Shown: positions 38,866-54,266 of the stretch, piece by piece
How positions within the stretch are numbered: position 1 is the first letter of the stretch
Layout: the number at the start of each line of letters is the position of its first letter
Source: Octopus bimaculoides
Taxonomy: Eukaryota
Direction: 5' to 3'
Assembly: GCF_001194135.2 (NCBI RefSeq)
Contig: NC_068981.1
Coordinates: forward strand, 192,529,101-192,593,100
DNA: 64,000 nucleotides
The notes under the pieces: model-generated
Seen by the model: only the letters and a program-made list of their open reading frames with translations
Database searches by the model: none
Told to the model about the DNA's origin: nothing
Translations under genes and position numbers: made by a program

Positions 38866-41301
38866 CATATAAGCAAAAATGAACTTAGAAAAAAAAACTC
38901 AGAAAGGCCTTTGGCATGCATTTGAACAATGTAGACAAATACAAATATATCAAATATCATACAACATAAATTCTTGATTTTTTTCAGAATTACTTCTACC
39001 TCTAGAGGATGTGTCATGATTTCCAAATAGCAATTACAACCAGCTCTGTATCCATAACTATCCTCTTATCTCCAGACAATAAACTGGTCCTTTTCCTTAA
39101 TGGTATGTCTTTGGAGAATTCTTAATTTTTGCGATCATCTCCCCATTGTCTCATATGGAGATAAATTTTGTGATAACAGAGGCACCTAAAGCAAGAAAAT
39201 CATGGCACATTACCAAGCCATTTGATGTACCTGTGAGTTATGGCTGGTTGAATTTTACCAAACAATGAAACTGGAGGGGAAAAAGTCATCAAATTTGAAT
39301 TCTAAGTTGTTTCTGGTAACATAGAAATACATTGTTTCTTTGCAGGATGTTACTTATTTCTGGGAAGAAAATGAAAAGTATACGTTTTTAGCTCCTAATA
39401 ATATTGCTGTACTGAAATTTAAACAGCGTGCATCAGTCTCTTATTGGCAAGAACGATCTAATATCCTTGATTTAATTGCGTGAGTAAAGTCTCTGACATA
39501 TTTTCTTTTTGTTGCTTTATAAAAAAGATTGTTCTTTTTATTCTTTTATTCATTTACTTGTTTCAGTCATTTGACTGCGACCATGCTGGAGCACTACCTT
39601 TTGTTGAACAAATCGACCCCAGAACTTATTCTTTGTAAGCCTAGTACTTAGTCTATCAGTCACTTTTGCTGAATTGCTAATTTATGAGGACATAAGTACA
39701 CCAGCATCAGTCGTCAAACAATGGTTGGGGGACAAACACAGACACACAAATACATACATACATCTTAATAATACTAAAACTCTAGAAGATGTTTGTTTGT
39801 TCCTGAAATATCTTAGAAATAGTATATTTTATCTTAATTTTTTTATCTATATATTTTCATACTTACTTTATGTAGAGCAGTATGAGGTTTTGTGATATTT
39901 GGACCTCTATTTATCAATGAAAACGATTAAACACAATTTTTGTTTGTTATTTCTTGACGAAAATAAACATGGCTTCCGTAACATCAACACACATACACAT
40001 GTACAGAATATACACACATATAATGAATGTCATGGCGTGTGAATCAACACAAACACACGTACGCTACCTCTGACATATACACACACATAATCTTCACGCT
40101 CTCTCTTTATTACTCTCTAAGAAAAAAAAAACAGACTTTTTGATGTACACACACTGACATAGAGAAACATCTATTTTGCAGAGATTACTTATTGTTTCAT
40201 CATTTCAGATTTTATTCTATTTCATTTATTTGACACTTGTAATCTCTTTGTTGTTTTGCTTTAATTTTCTTAATACAACATTACATACAAGAACAAATAC
40301 TGATCAATTAAGCCATATGGAAAGACACGGGGATCACTTGGTTCACTTGAACTGACTGGATTACCACCACATAAACTTGAATTGAAGAGAGGATCTCCTA
40401 TAATTTCAATGAGAAACTTAGATCCTCCAAGGCTTTGCAATGGAACATGGATGATTGTACAAGTAATGTACAAGAATCTAATCATAGCAAAGATCAATGT
40501 TGGTGCATTAAAAAATGATATTGTCATGATTCCTAAAATTAAATGTAATACATCAGAAGGTGAAGATATACTGTGAATACTTTACTGGGCAACACTGGAT
40601 AGTAAATCTCGTACATATATATATATATATATATCATCCAAAATGTACAGGTACTATATATCCATCATGGCTGATATTACCAATCAATTTCGCACAAGGA
40701 ATACAATGGAATGTTAGGTAACAATCCTGACTTATGGACTCTTAGATGACTCACGTATATATATCATCATCATCATCATCCTTTAATGTCCGCTTTCCAT
40801 GCTGGCATGTGTTGGATGGTTTGACTGGGGACTGGCAAGCCAGGAGGCTGCACCAGGCTCCAATCTGATCTGGAAAGGTCTCTACAGCTGGATGCCCTTC
40901 CTAATGCCAACCACTCCGAGAGGGTACTGAGTGCTTTTTACATGCCACTGGCACATATGTATGTATACAAGCATACATACATACATACATACATTCATAC
41001 ATACATATATATGTATATATATAATGAAGAAATAAATATGATAATTATCCCCTTATACAGCACAAATAATTAGCACTCTAATATAGTATCAGGAATATAA
41101 AGTCAAGAAAGTGAAAACAAATTTCAAAGGTTAGTGTTCAAAGGTCAGTGTTCAAAGGTCAGCGTTCAATAAAGACTACTTTACTTAGAAACAGTTGAAG
41201 GCTTGCAATAAGAAAAAGCATCTGAGGTGACAGGAAAATCTGCCTCACTGACTTCCATCTGATCCATGCAGGTATGGAAATGTAGATGTCAAAAACGCGG
41301 G

Positions 41302-41337
<36 letters not shown>

Positions 41338-41961
41338 CAATGATGATGAAGATGTTTATACATGCTTCAGATTGATGTTTTAAATGCTTTGCCACAAATG
41401 AGAGAATTAATGTCAAGTTTCTGTCCCATGTTTTACAGGTTCCATACTTTAAATGGCAGCTACAGCATGGATACTTTGCAGCAAATGAACCAAGAAGAAT
41501 TTAAGACATCCATGACAGGTTTCAATGTCATGATCGTCACAAACGAAACAGTAAACAAAATTCTTTAACCTTCGTCATTTTCAGTATTAAATAATTAAAG
41601 GAATTACTACTGTTGCTGCTGCTGCTGCTACTACTACTACTAATACTACCACCACCAACACCACCACTACCATCACTGCCACCGCCACCACCACCACCAC
41701 TCACACACATAAAGACACACCAACACAAAGATACCCACCAACCCACACACACACAAACACACACACATACAAACACATGCACACACACACAAACACAGAC
41801 ACACATACAAACATATGCACACACAAACATATGCACACACAAACACATGCACACACATACAAACACACATACACACACACACACACACACTCACACACAC
41901 ACAAACACACACACACACAAACACACACACTCTCACACACACACACAAACACACATACAAA

Positions 41962-42000
<39 letters not shown>

Positions 42001-42999
42001 ATACACACGCGCACATCATCTAATACCACTGCTTTGTCAACTAAACCTTTCATTCCTGAAGTTCAATAATCAATTCCTGAGTTTTCTGCTCAATTTCCAA
42101 TCCATCACCCAATAAAATGTTTTAATTTCTAATCAAAACCAATTTACTAATATTCATTGACCTTTTAACATTCCAATATTTCTTTTCTTCTTAAAGGACG
42201 TCATGGTGACAACACGAGAAACATCAGCAGTCATGATTCAAACTGATTTACTCTCTAGCAATGGTTACATCCATATAATAGATCAGGTAAGATCAATAAT
42301 CAATTATACAAATATGATTGATTTTTTCCCCTTCTCAGAAGATTTACATTCATATAATTTTGATGAATTAATCAGTGAAGGTGCATGGTCTAATGTTTAG
42401 AGTCCTGTAGAGACAGTCACAGGATTATGGTTTCCATTCTAGCACCAGGCAATGCTTTGTATTCGTTTCATGTTGCTTTGGGATCACTTCAACATCTGAC
42501 ATGTGGCACATCATGCACCAGTATAGGTAGTTCTGTTATTCTTTTACTTGTTTCAATCATTTTGACTGCAGCCATGCTGGAGCACTGCCTTTAGTTGAAC
42601 AAATCAACCCCAGGACTTATTCTTTGTAAGCCTTGTACTTATCCTATCGGTCTCTTTTGCTGAACTGCTAATTTACGGGGATGTAAACACACCAATGTCA
42701 GTTGTCAAGTGATGGTGGTAGGGACAAACACAGACACAAACACACACACACTTATATGTATTTATATATATATATGTGTGTATATATATATCATCGTCAT
42801 CATCATCATCGTTTAACATCTGTTTTCCATGCTGGCATGGGTTGGACGGTGTGACTGGAGTCTGGGAAGCCAGTGGGCTGCACCAAGCCCCAATCTGATC
42901 TGGCAGTGTTTTTGCAGCTGGATGCCCTTCCTAATGCCAACCACTCCAAGAATGTAGTGGGTGCCTTTTACATGCCACTGGCACAGGGGCCAGAGGAGC

Positions 43000-43035
<36 letters not shown>

Positions 43036-46000
43036 GATGGGCTTCTTTCAGTTTCCATCTACCAAATCCACTCACAAGGCTTTGATTGGCCTGTGGGTGT
43101 AGTAGAAGATGCGTGCCCAAGGTGCCATGCAGTGGGACTGAACCTAGAAGCATGTGGTTGGGAAGCAAACTTCTTACCACACAGCCACTCCTGCACCTAT
43201 GTTGATTTGATGAAGGGAATGAGCTAATGTACAGCTCTAGCATTTGATCTCTATAAGCAAATCATCTGTGCAGTTTGCTTAGCAAGCAGCTGCAGAACCC
43301 TCATCTGTCATTTATGACAAGAGAGTCCACCATGAATTAATCAGGAATATTGGGGAAACATGAATTGACCATTGTTGGCATCAACTATCAAGTGAAAGAA
43401 AATATAGTTGAAATTTACAGAAAAACAAAAGACAAAGACAGGTGTATGAACAACAAGCAGGTCTATTAGTTTGACACTCGGGAAAGTGAGAAAGTCTTTT
43501 ACATTTCAAGCCTAAGCTCTTCAACAGAAAGGAATAAGAGAAAATAAACAGAGAGAGAATAAAAAAACTGGTGGATTTAGTGATCAAGCACATATATTAA
43601 AGGTTTGTAGGTATGTGGCACTTTGTTATGCAAACACAATATACTATGAAGTATACTAAATGTTTTTATAAGTCAGTACCAAGTCCTACTGCATCAGCAG
43701 TGCTTGTTACATTATTCTTAAGATTATAAAGTTCTATATTTAAGAGATGAGGAATTATGTACATTATTTACATTTGACGAATACTTGTCCTCATCATGTT
43801 TGTTGCTACCATGCAATGTGTTTGAACCTGGAGCCATGGGGTTGGGAAGCAAGTTTCTTACCAGACAGCCATGCCTGCACCTATGTGAAATCTTTAAAAC
43901 TAAATGTTTTCTTCCTTCTCTTTTAGGTTCTGGAACCTTTCCTAGAAAATCAGGAGAGACCATCTCTATCGGAATATTTTTCTGCTCATCCAGAATATTC
44001 TACGTTTTCGGAAGCATTGCTAGTAAATATTTTCTGCATCTTTTTCTTTCTTTTTTTTTATTTAGTATTCTACAACTCTATAAAGGTTCATATGTAGACA
44101 GGGTAAATAACAACATGGACAGTTGATCCTGGAGTTGACCAGTGATGTGTTCAAATAAACCCACTTTCAAATATCAAATAACCAAACTGGATTACAAACT
44201 TTTTAAATAGCAACAAAATAGTTGCTCTTAAACATTGTTTGCCTCACCAGCTGGAAATAGCTACCAAATCTCCCAGACTCACACTCAGTCGTCTTAAAAA
44301 AGGAAGAACACAAATGATCATGTAGCTCTACACATAGAGAAAAGCATAGATGGGATGATCATGGCTGGATTGTCTTTCATTATAGATCTGGTCAATCAGG
44401 GCTAACTGAAGGCTCAGTAACTGGCATTGTGTTCTTTCAGTTGCTGAGTTGCTTTAACCCTTTTGTTACCATCTTTCTGATAAAATATACTTCCTTTCTA
44501 ATATGTGTCTTCCCCTGGAAGGGGAGATAATCATTTCTTCAAAATATTTGGCAGGATTAGAAATTTGAATTTGAAATTAATGAATCACAAGGAAAAACAT
44601 GCAGAGAACTCACATGTTTTATTTTTCGTTTTGTTTACTTTTTATGAAGTTCTTGAAATTTCTGGTCAGTAGTAATCCTATATAGCTGTATTTCATTCTT
44701 TTTAGAGATCATCAGCTTGACAAAACCTCAAATCTATTAATTAAATACCATATGAAGCAACACATTTCTTGTAGATGGAAGATAATTACAGTCTGAAAAA
44801 ATTCATGGAATGTGTGTTTTGCTTTTCAATTAAATTATTAGAATAAAAAACAATTTAGCAAAATAAGTTTGTATTGTCAAGTGGAACAAATTAACATGAG
44901 ATTTCAAAGGAAGATTATAATTTAGATCATTTTAGGACAGGAAGTTTGTGTCCAGAATAAGAGGCTGAGTCAGGTAGGTTGGTATCAAAAGAGTGGTACC
45001 ATGCATAATATATTGTTGTTCCTATCTGGTTTCTGATTGAATAAACCCATTCCAGACATGTCCTTTGTTTACAGGCATTAAAGTGTGAATTGAAGGTTTC
45101 TAGTGGATCACTAGGGACTCCCACATTGGCTTCCATATTATATGTGTTTTAGAGATTTGTCAATTTCTGTTGTGTATTTTGGACCTCAACAGATCTAAGA
45201 ATCTACTGCTGTTTAATACCATTGTCATGATCAGTGATGTTACATTTAAAACAGGAATGTCATAAATGCTATCCTATGATATTTAACTCATTTGATACCA
45301 ATCTAAGACTACCCCTGGTTCTACGATATAGCCTTCCTGTTCTAAAATGGTCTAAATTATAACCTTCCATCAAAATTTCATGTGTGTTCTCCACATCATA
45401 TAAATAACAACAAAGTTAGTCTATTAAATTCTTCATCATCATCAAAATTAATTGAAATAAAAGCAGTATATTTCAACAGAAATATGGTAACAAAAAGATC
45501 TAAAGTGATCTAAATTTAAATCTTCCATCAAAATTTCACTTTTTTTCCAAACACAGTATTTATGCTGACAAGGTTTTTTGATTAAATTCTTCATTATTTT
45601 CAAAATTAATTGAAGCAAATTTCAATTAATTTCAATAGAATTATTGGAATAACAGACTTAATAGTTCAAATCTAGTGATAATGACAGATAAAATATTTTG
45701 ACTTTTTGTTAAAATTGTGATATAATTCTAAAATAATTATTTAAGAAGAACTCATTTTCTTTTGTTTGTGACAGTCTGATTAATTAAAAAAAAGTTTAAT
45801 AATAACCCTTTAACATTCAGATTATTGCTCTTAAATTTAATGCTTATCTATTGATACCAGTTTTGAATTAATCCTCATTATCTTGTAACTCTGAGATTTT
45901 GATGATGTGATTGTTTATTTTTAGAATGAATTTGTAGGGTAAACGTGAAAGGCCTGATCTGACCAGCTTTAAACATAAAACAGGTAGAATATTGGGGCTA

Positions 46001-48624
46001 GATAGGGTTGGTTTAAATGTAATCCAAAAGTTAAGTTGGCATTTAAATAATATAATATGATGCTTATAAAATAGGATAATGGCTTGGTTGATAAACTGGA
46101 GGATATGGATGATTACACCCTGTTTGTGCCTGATAAGAATGTCATGGAGGATTGCAGTCAAAAACTTGTAAGTAAATTCTTTAGGCTTCAAATTTTGTGA
46201 TTTATTATTTTTTGTTTTGAATTGTGGTTTTGTGGTTAAGAAATTTTGTTCCCAACCATAGAGTTCAGGGTTCAGTTCCACCCCACTGAGTGGCACCTTG
46301 GCTATGTGTCATCTACTATGGCCCTGGGCCTACCAATTCTTTGGAAGTGGATTTGGGAGACAGAAGCTGGAAGAAGACCATTGTGTGTGTGTCTGTGTGC
46401 GTGTGTGATTATTCAGTATTATTTCAAAATTTCTTACCAATAGGGAAAGAGCTGGTTTCTAATCTAGATCCTTCATTGGGATTTCAACAACAATAACAGG
46501 GCATTTTTACATGTATGTGTGTGTATATGTGCAGTATTTAGAGTCAGTGCAGATTTGTATGTTTGTTTATGTGTGTATTCTCATGCATATAGTTGCATGT
46601 CTAGACACATGTATATACACTTAAATGATATGTATGTATGCATGTATGTATATATGTACATGTATGTGTATGCATTTGTGTTTGTGAGTGTGTGTGTGTG
46701 TGTGTGTATGTGTTAGTGTCTTCTTGATCTGACATTGTGTGACTTTTAAAAGAACATCACTGTCACACCACAAAGGGTGTCCCCCATTTTCAATCTTCCA
46801 TGAAAACTTATCTGGCCATGAGGAAACATTACCTTACTTGCAAACAGCCGAAGGTTGCACATCGGGTTTGGCTTTTGACCATAGGAAACTCTGCCCTAAT
46901 GGAGTTTAGTATGACCTGTGCAAGCATGGAAAAGAATAGCTTGAAATGATGGAGATGGTGGAGGTGGTGGTGGTGATGATGATGATGATTATGATAAAAA
47001 TATATTTGCATATATTACATACTTCTACTGTAGCCCCTTCTCTTATACTGTAACCCCTCATCTCTTAGCATAAATCTGCTACCTGTCTCAGGGCTCATAA
47101 TCTCACAAACAGCATGGCAACCTTGCTAATGCTGGTGGTATGAAAGAAGAACACCCAGTCCATGCTGTAAAGTGGTTGGTGTTAGGAAAGGTATCTAACA
47201 ATAGGAACCACACCAATATAGAGAGGAGCACTATGAAGTCCTTGAACCCATCAGATCTTATCCTACCATCAAAATCGTTCTGACTGGAACTATAGCGGCT
47301 GTCGTTGGCCATTCAAGTGTGTGTTACTAAATGGAAAAACAGTTAGTATGAATCACTATAGGACATTTTTGTGTATAAATATATTGTTTATTTTTATGTT
47401 CACCATTTGTGGTGGGAGCAGATAGTATGATACAAAAACATGTGTGTTTATTTTCAAAGAAAGTTTTGATTTTTGCTTTTGCACTGAAAGAAGTAAGATA
47501 TAATATTTACATTACAGTATGTATGCATGTGTGTAATGAGAACAGTCATTTTGATAATGTGTGTGTGATAAAATATTTTCGTTTATGAACTATATCTCGT
47601 GTCAAAGTGAATAGACATGTGAGTCCACATGGGAGACTTGTGCGTGGAGCTACAGAGAGGACATATGTCTTTGACCAAAAGCTGGCAGGAACTGGTGAAC
47701 TTCTACAGTGTAGCACTGAATGAGCTAGTGTCTCAGAACGAGGCTACTGTATCAAAGCAAGGCAAGTGTATCAAAGCGAGGCTAGATGCCTCATCGATAT
47801 ATTCATCTGCTGTGCAGATCGACTCACACATTACTATGTAATATGTAGCTCTGCTACAGAACACAGATGCTCGATGACAATGATGATGATGATTGTGTTG
47901 GTGATAATGACATCTATACGTTATTATTAGAACATCTGTCATTGTCAATGATGACCAAAGACATCAATTGGGAGAAGAGGAAAGGGAATGATGTGATATG
48001 AGCTCAGAAGGCTCTGCCATTGGTTCAGCACTGCTGTTCTGCAAGCACTGAAGGCAAGGAGTCAGCTCTGGACTGGTGCAGTTCACATTTCTTTTTTGTA
48101 TCCCTGCAATCCTGTTCTGTTCGTAGGAGATGGCCCCTCTGTGGGTGCAGCTTTGCCAGGTAGGGCAGTCTTGGACTTACATTTTCCAGGTGTCAGGATT
48201 GACCTCAAAGCTCTCCATGCACACACACACACACACACATGCATATATATGCATGTATAACATCATTTCTGTCTTTTACAGGGTTTTCGTGTTCTCTCTT
48301 ATTACATCTTACCATTTACCCTGATGTCAGCCTCAATGACCAATGGATTAAAAGTGAAGACCAGCCTGGGGCAGCTCCATCAGCTCATCTTCAGAACTCA
48401 AGAACATAAGGTTAGTCTTATACAACAGTAATGCTCATTATAATTTAGGTTTTTAATGAGTTCTCTCTCTCCCACACACCTCATTTTCTCTCTCTCTCAC
48501 GCACGCACACATCTCATTTTCTCTCTCTTTGTCTCTCCCACACACCTCATTTTCTCTCTCTCTCTCGCACACACACACTTACATCTCATTTTCTCTCTCT
48601 TTCTCTCTCCCACACACCTCCTTT

Positions 48625-48656
<32 letters not shown>

Positions 48657-51600
48657 TTACATCTCATTTTCTCTTTCATTAATTTTCTACAAAATTCTTT
48701 ATCCTCATTTTCTGTTGAATTTTTAAAATAATTTTGAAGGTTGAAATTGTTAAATCATTCAACATATCTACAAAAATAAAATGAGTAATCTTCTGAACTT
48801 TTGAAATTTGGATTCCAGAATTTCTTTGGAGGGAAGGTAATGCATGACCCTTTACAGGGACCTCAAAACTGGTACTGCTGAGGGACTGGCCTGCAAACCC
48901 TTTGGATCCCACCTCAATGGGATCATCTCTGGCTTACCTAAAAATTCTTCAAGGTGGTGCCCCAGCATGGCCACAGTCCAATGCCCGAAACAAGTAAATG
49001 ATGAAAGATATAATGAGGTTGATTCATTCAACTAAAAGCCTTCAAGGTGGTGCCCCAGCATGGCCACAGTCCAATGACTGAAACAAGTAAAAGATAAAAG
49101 ATAAATGCAACAGCGAAAATTTACCATTTTCCCCACTTTTTGTTATTTAGGAATAAATTTGTGAACAGTTTTCAAGGTGAATAAATGTTTGTTTTTGTCA
49201 GGTATTTGTGAATGATGTCAGCATTACCTTGATGGATGTCCTCACAGTTGGTGGCATAATTCATATCATTAATGGCTGTCTTGTGCCTGTATTACATCGT
49301 TGTGACAATGAAGTTATGGAGACCAACAAGGTTTGTCATGTATTTCACATTATATCATATGTACATAAATACACACTTATATTGCTGTTGTATATTCACA
49401 CATCGCTGTTGCCAAGCTGTCTCAGCCTTTGCCTTTCCCTTGGATAACATCGGTGGCATGGAGAGGGGAGGCTGTATACACAGGCGACTGTTGGTCTTCT
49501 ATGAACAGCCTTGCCTGGATGTGTGCCTCAGAGGGGAACTTTCTAGGTTCAATCCCATAGTCATTCACGACTGAAAGGGGTCCTTACCCATTACCCTTCT
49601 GGGTCCTTATCCTTTACCCTCACATGTTTGGGGCAGTCATGACTCTGTTAGTGGTCAGCTTCAATTGTAGTAGTAGGCATCTGTCAGTCTCGAGAGGCCA
49701 TGGATCTGCACCCAAAGAAGTCATGTCAGCAGCTGATGGTGATGCTGCATCTGTTGTGGCTGTACAGGCCCACAAGGAAGTGGCAGTCACGCATACAGTG
49801 ACTGCATTTGAAGGATCTCTCTGCCAGTGCTGATGATTTTTCCTTCCATCGAGTGCGCATTTCTTTGATGAGGAGTACCTGTTCTTCTTCCACTCTCTTC
49901 ATTCCCTTTCACAGTATTTTTAATACATACATAGATTAAAAAACAAAACAAAAAAAGCAAATCAAAGGTCCTTCTCAAGCCATAGGCTCATAAGGCCAGT
50001 TTCTCAGATTCTGTGGTGTGTACATTCCCCCACCCCCTTGATAAAATGCTGGTTTGTCACAGGATTCCTCATTTTTGTCAGCTGAGGAGAATGCAGCAAT
50101 GTAGAATTAACACAACGTATTGCCCAGTCCAGGAATTGAAACCTCAATCTTACAATCACCAGACCCTAACCACTAAGCCACATGTCTCCATTATATACAT
50201 ACATACAAATGAATATATCAGATTAAACAAACTACAAAGAGATTTTGGTGGTTTGCATCAACAAGACTTTTTTTTACAAAAATCTGCCATCTAAACTCTT
50301 TTTTTTGTTTTTGTGGTATTTGAGCAAAGGTGGGCACCATTAATTGAAAAGTTAACTTTGTTAACTGTTAATCCATTAACCAAAAAGTTAACTCTGATAA
50401 CTGTTAATGAGTCAATTATTTCCTAATGTAATGGAAGTTATCGATAAACAGTTAACGTTAATTTTTATTATAGAAAGAAAACAGAAAAGGTCAGTTCTTG
50501 CTCTAAGACCACCTACAAACACCTCTAAAAAGTGCCAAAACTATAAAATCTGTTAACTTCAATTCAATTGAAATTAATGGAATTTGAACTCAGAACGTAA
50601 AGACAAACAAAATATCACTGAGTATTTTGCCCAGCATGCTCTCAGTTCTGCAGCTCACCATATTTTTGATATTAATGAAGAGATATTTGAATAAAGTTTT
50701 ACTTTTATCAGTGAATTTGGAATCGCCAATAGAGAAGCTATGGTTGTTCTAGTTCAGAAAGCTATTTATGAAAATTTTAGGCGTTAAGCAAATGTTAGAG
50801 TTTGGACAGCTCACCACTGCACATACATATGTTTATACACATTAAACAGTATGTATCCAGCCAACGAAAATACAAAAAACAAAAAAATTAGTAGCAAAGA
50901 GGTCAGGGAGGGTTTCCCCAAGAGCAGAGGAGGATAGAGGATAGGTGTAGAGGCGAAATTGGGAGACAGGAGAGTAATGTGGTGTAATGACATGTCACAT
51001 GATTTGACATGAAACATTTCAAATTTCCCCATGTAACGGATTTAGTCAGAGCAATTAAAGATCCCAAAACTATAAATTTATAGTTTTTAAGTTAATTCCA
51101 AGTTTTGACTGCATTTTTCAGTTGGTGTAACAAGAAGTTAACTTCGAAAAAATATGGAAACATTTGTGGGCATGTCTAAGGTGCTGAATAGCCTGGCACT
51201 GTACCATGATAGAAGGTTGTGATTTGAGCATGAGTTGGCTACTATTTGTAGCAGTTCAAGTGGCCACGTAGAAGCTACCCCTCCCTCCAGATCACAAGTG
51301 ATATCTTGCTGTTGATATATACAGATTGCTACTTTACTTCTTGTTATAATATTCCTCCTATCCATTTTCTCTGTTCCTTATTCTCAGGAGGGTCTTGGGG
51401 GTAGAGTCTTCAGGCACCTCCTTCATAATCAGAAGCATTCTGACTAGATTCCCAAACATAACCAAATAAGACAATGGATATTATCCAGCCACTTCATTCT
51501 TAATCTACTCCTAAGTCTTCTGCCAGTTGGTTCAGCTTGAAGAGTCCAGTTTGTGAGTCATTCCTGTGACATTCTAACCACATAACTGAAGTATCAAAGC

Positions 51601-54207
51601 CATGACCTCTCAATGTCATGAAGTAGTGGCTCACCTTGAAGAGAGACTCCCTGATCTCTGATCTCTGAGATGTACACCTTGTCAAGTAATGTTGCTGTCA
51701 TAATACTCCAAATAATATTTATGAGGCAATATCTAATCTGACATTACTTTCTTCACTTTAAATCATGAGATTTCCTATAGCTCTTCAGACACCCTTGAGT
51801 TCTGTCGATTTTTCAAGGAAAGGAATTTATTGGAGTAAAGATTATTTGCCAACATAACATGGTAGTCCTGGTTTAGGACGAATGTTGCTGTAATTCAGCC
51901 CCAGGAGACATCGTTTCTAGCTGGCGCTGGCTATATGACATGATCTGTGTCCTTATATTTTCGAACAAGGGAATCTAGCACCCCCACTATATATAAGGAC
52001 ACAAATCGTGTCGTATAGCCAGCTGGAGACGATGTCTCCTGGGGTTGAATTACAGCAACATTAGTCCTAAACCAGGACTGCCATGTTATGTTGGCAAATA
52101 ATCTTTACTTGAAGGTACTGTTACTGAATATCTCTCATTGTGAGATTTACAAATAGTAATTTTCTAAGGAATTCATTGTATTCAAGTTTTCCTTGTCTTT
52201 TCTTCTGTCCTGAATCTTTTATCTTACACCATCACACCATCATGAAGGCATGTAGCCTTGTGATAGGGTGTTGTACTCACATTTACAAGATCATTGATTT
52301 TGATTCCTAGACTGGGAGGTCCGTTGTATCCACGAGTAAATCACTTTATTTCCCATTGCTCCAGTCCACTCAGCTGTAGATGGGTCACCCTACAATGGAC
52401 TGGCATCCTGAACAGGGTGGGAAATGTTGTGATCTTGGCCACTTATATATGCCAAAGAAACCAGATAACTAGCCCTATGAGTCCAAGGACTTGTGGATAG
52501 TAAAGTCCAGGGGACCTGCTTGCATCACGCCATCTCTTTCTTTTACATCCTCTCCTTACTTGATCAAATATCAAGCAACTTGTAACCTTCAGCTAAATTT
52601 GCTACATTAATGATATTTCTCTTTTAGACTTCTTGTATATCCTGCGATGAAGAATTCACTTGTCCACCAGAATATCATAAAGTAGCTGTATTAAAACATG
52701 TTTGCAGTTATAAAACCCCAGAGGGAGAATTACTAGGATGTACAGCACTGTGTCGAAGGCTTAAAGTTGTAAGTTATTTCTCCTTAACCATTTTGACACT
52801 AACACATTTAAGATCACCCTCAGTCCAGTGACACAAACTTCATGTTATAAAGTGTTTTGAATAAAAAAACAAAACTATCAAAATTTTATGTTACTTTATG
52901 TTCCAGACAACCAGCTTAATAATTCTTTCTAATTTTGACTCAAGGCCAGCAATTTTGAGGGGAGGGAGCAATTATATATGTCAACCTCAGTACTTTATCA
53001 TCATCATTTAATGTCTGTTTTCCATGCTGGCATGGGTTGGATGGTTTGACTGAGACTGGCAAGCCAGGAGGCTGCACCAAGCTCCAATCTGATTTGGCAA
53101 AGTTTCTACAGCTGGATGCCCTTCCTAATGCCAAGCACTCTGAGAGTGTAGTGGGTGCTTTTTATGTGCCACTAGTACAGGGGCCAGTCGGGCAGCACTG
53201 GCATCAGCCATGCTGAAATGGCGCATTTTACGTGCCACCAGCATGGGGGCCAGTTGGGTGGCACTGGCATCGACTATGCTCAAATGGTGTTTTTTACGTA
53301 CCACCAGCATGATAGCCAGAAAGGCAAAGTTGATCTCAGTGAAATTTGAACTCAGAACGTAAAGGCAGAAAAGATGCCACTAAGTAGTTTGTCTGCTATG
53401 CTAATCAGTCTCCCAGCTCACTGCCTTGCACCACTTTTATAACAACAAAGGACATTTACTAAATTATTTATTATTTTTGAAATAATTACAACAAAGGCAT
53501 TGTATTTTAGCAAAAAACATGGTAAGAAAAGGATTACTGCTGTAATCCACCAGGCAATCCATCGAGAGGGATTGAATACACGACCAACAAACTTTGAACC
53601 CTCCCTGAAGAGGCTCCTAACTAAAAATGAACCAATAAAAAACAGCATCATACACAACTGCTTGATTGATGTTGAAAATATATGTCTATGATCTTATGTG
53701 GTGTATAAAATCACATGTGGTAAATGCAATGAATTTTACATCAGAAATACCATATGTATATACGTATAGCCACAGCTATGATGACATACTCTTTTTTCCC
53801 CCCTTTGGTCCAGAATGATAATATCTGGTTGATTGCATGAAGTTTGTTATCAGTCTGTACAGTAAAATTACTTAAGACTTTAAACTGATTGTTCTCTATT
53901 ACACTCTCTATTTGATGTTGACACTATTTTCTTCTTACTCTTAATCTTCTTTTCCACCGTACGTTTCAGTGAAGTGCCATAACTACACAGTGGTGTTTGC
54001 ATCTATATTCCTCTGTGCCAAAGGACTATAAGACCTTACGTGCAGAACAGATTCCTCTTTTTCATTCTTACTCTGCACTCAGCACTTTCTGTGCTTTCAT
54101 CTATTTTTGCCGAAATGGCATTCGTCTGCAATGATTGGCTTTGAGTGACCTTTATTTCTCTTTAACTGTTTCTCCTTCTGTTTCTTTCTAATGTTCTCCA
54201 TTCTTCA

Positions 54208-54266
<59 letters not shown>

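Noticed and set aside
47560-47870. Higher-complexity block with faint LINE-like translation
   Set aside because: No motif that I could assign with confidence.
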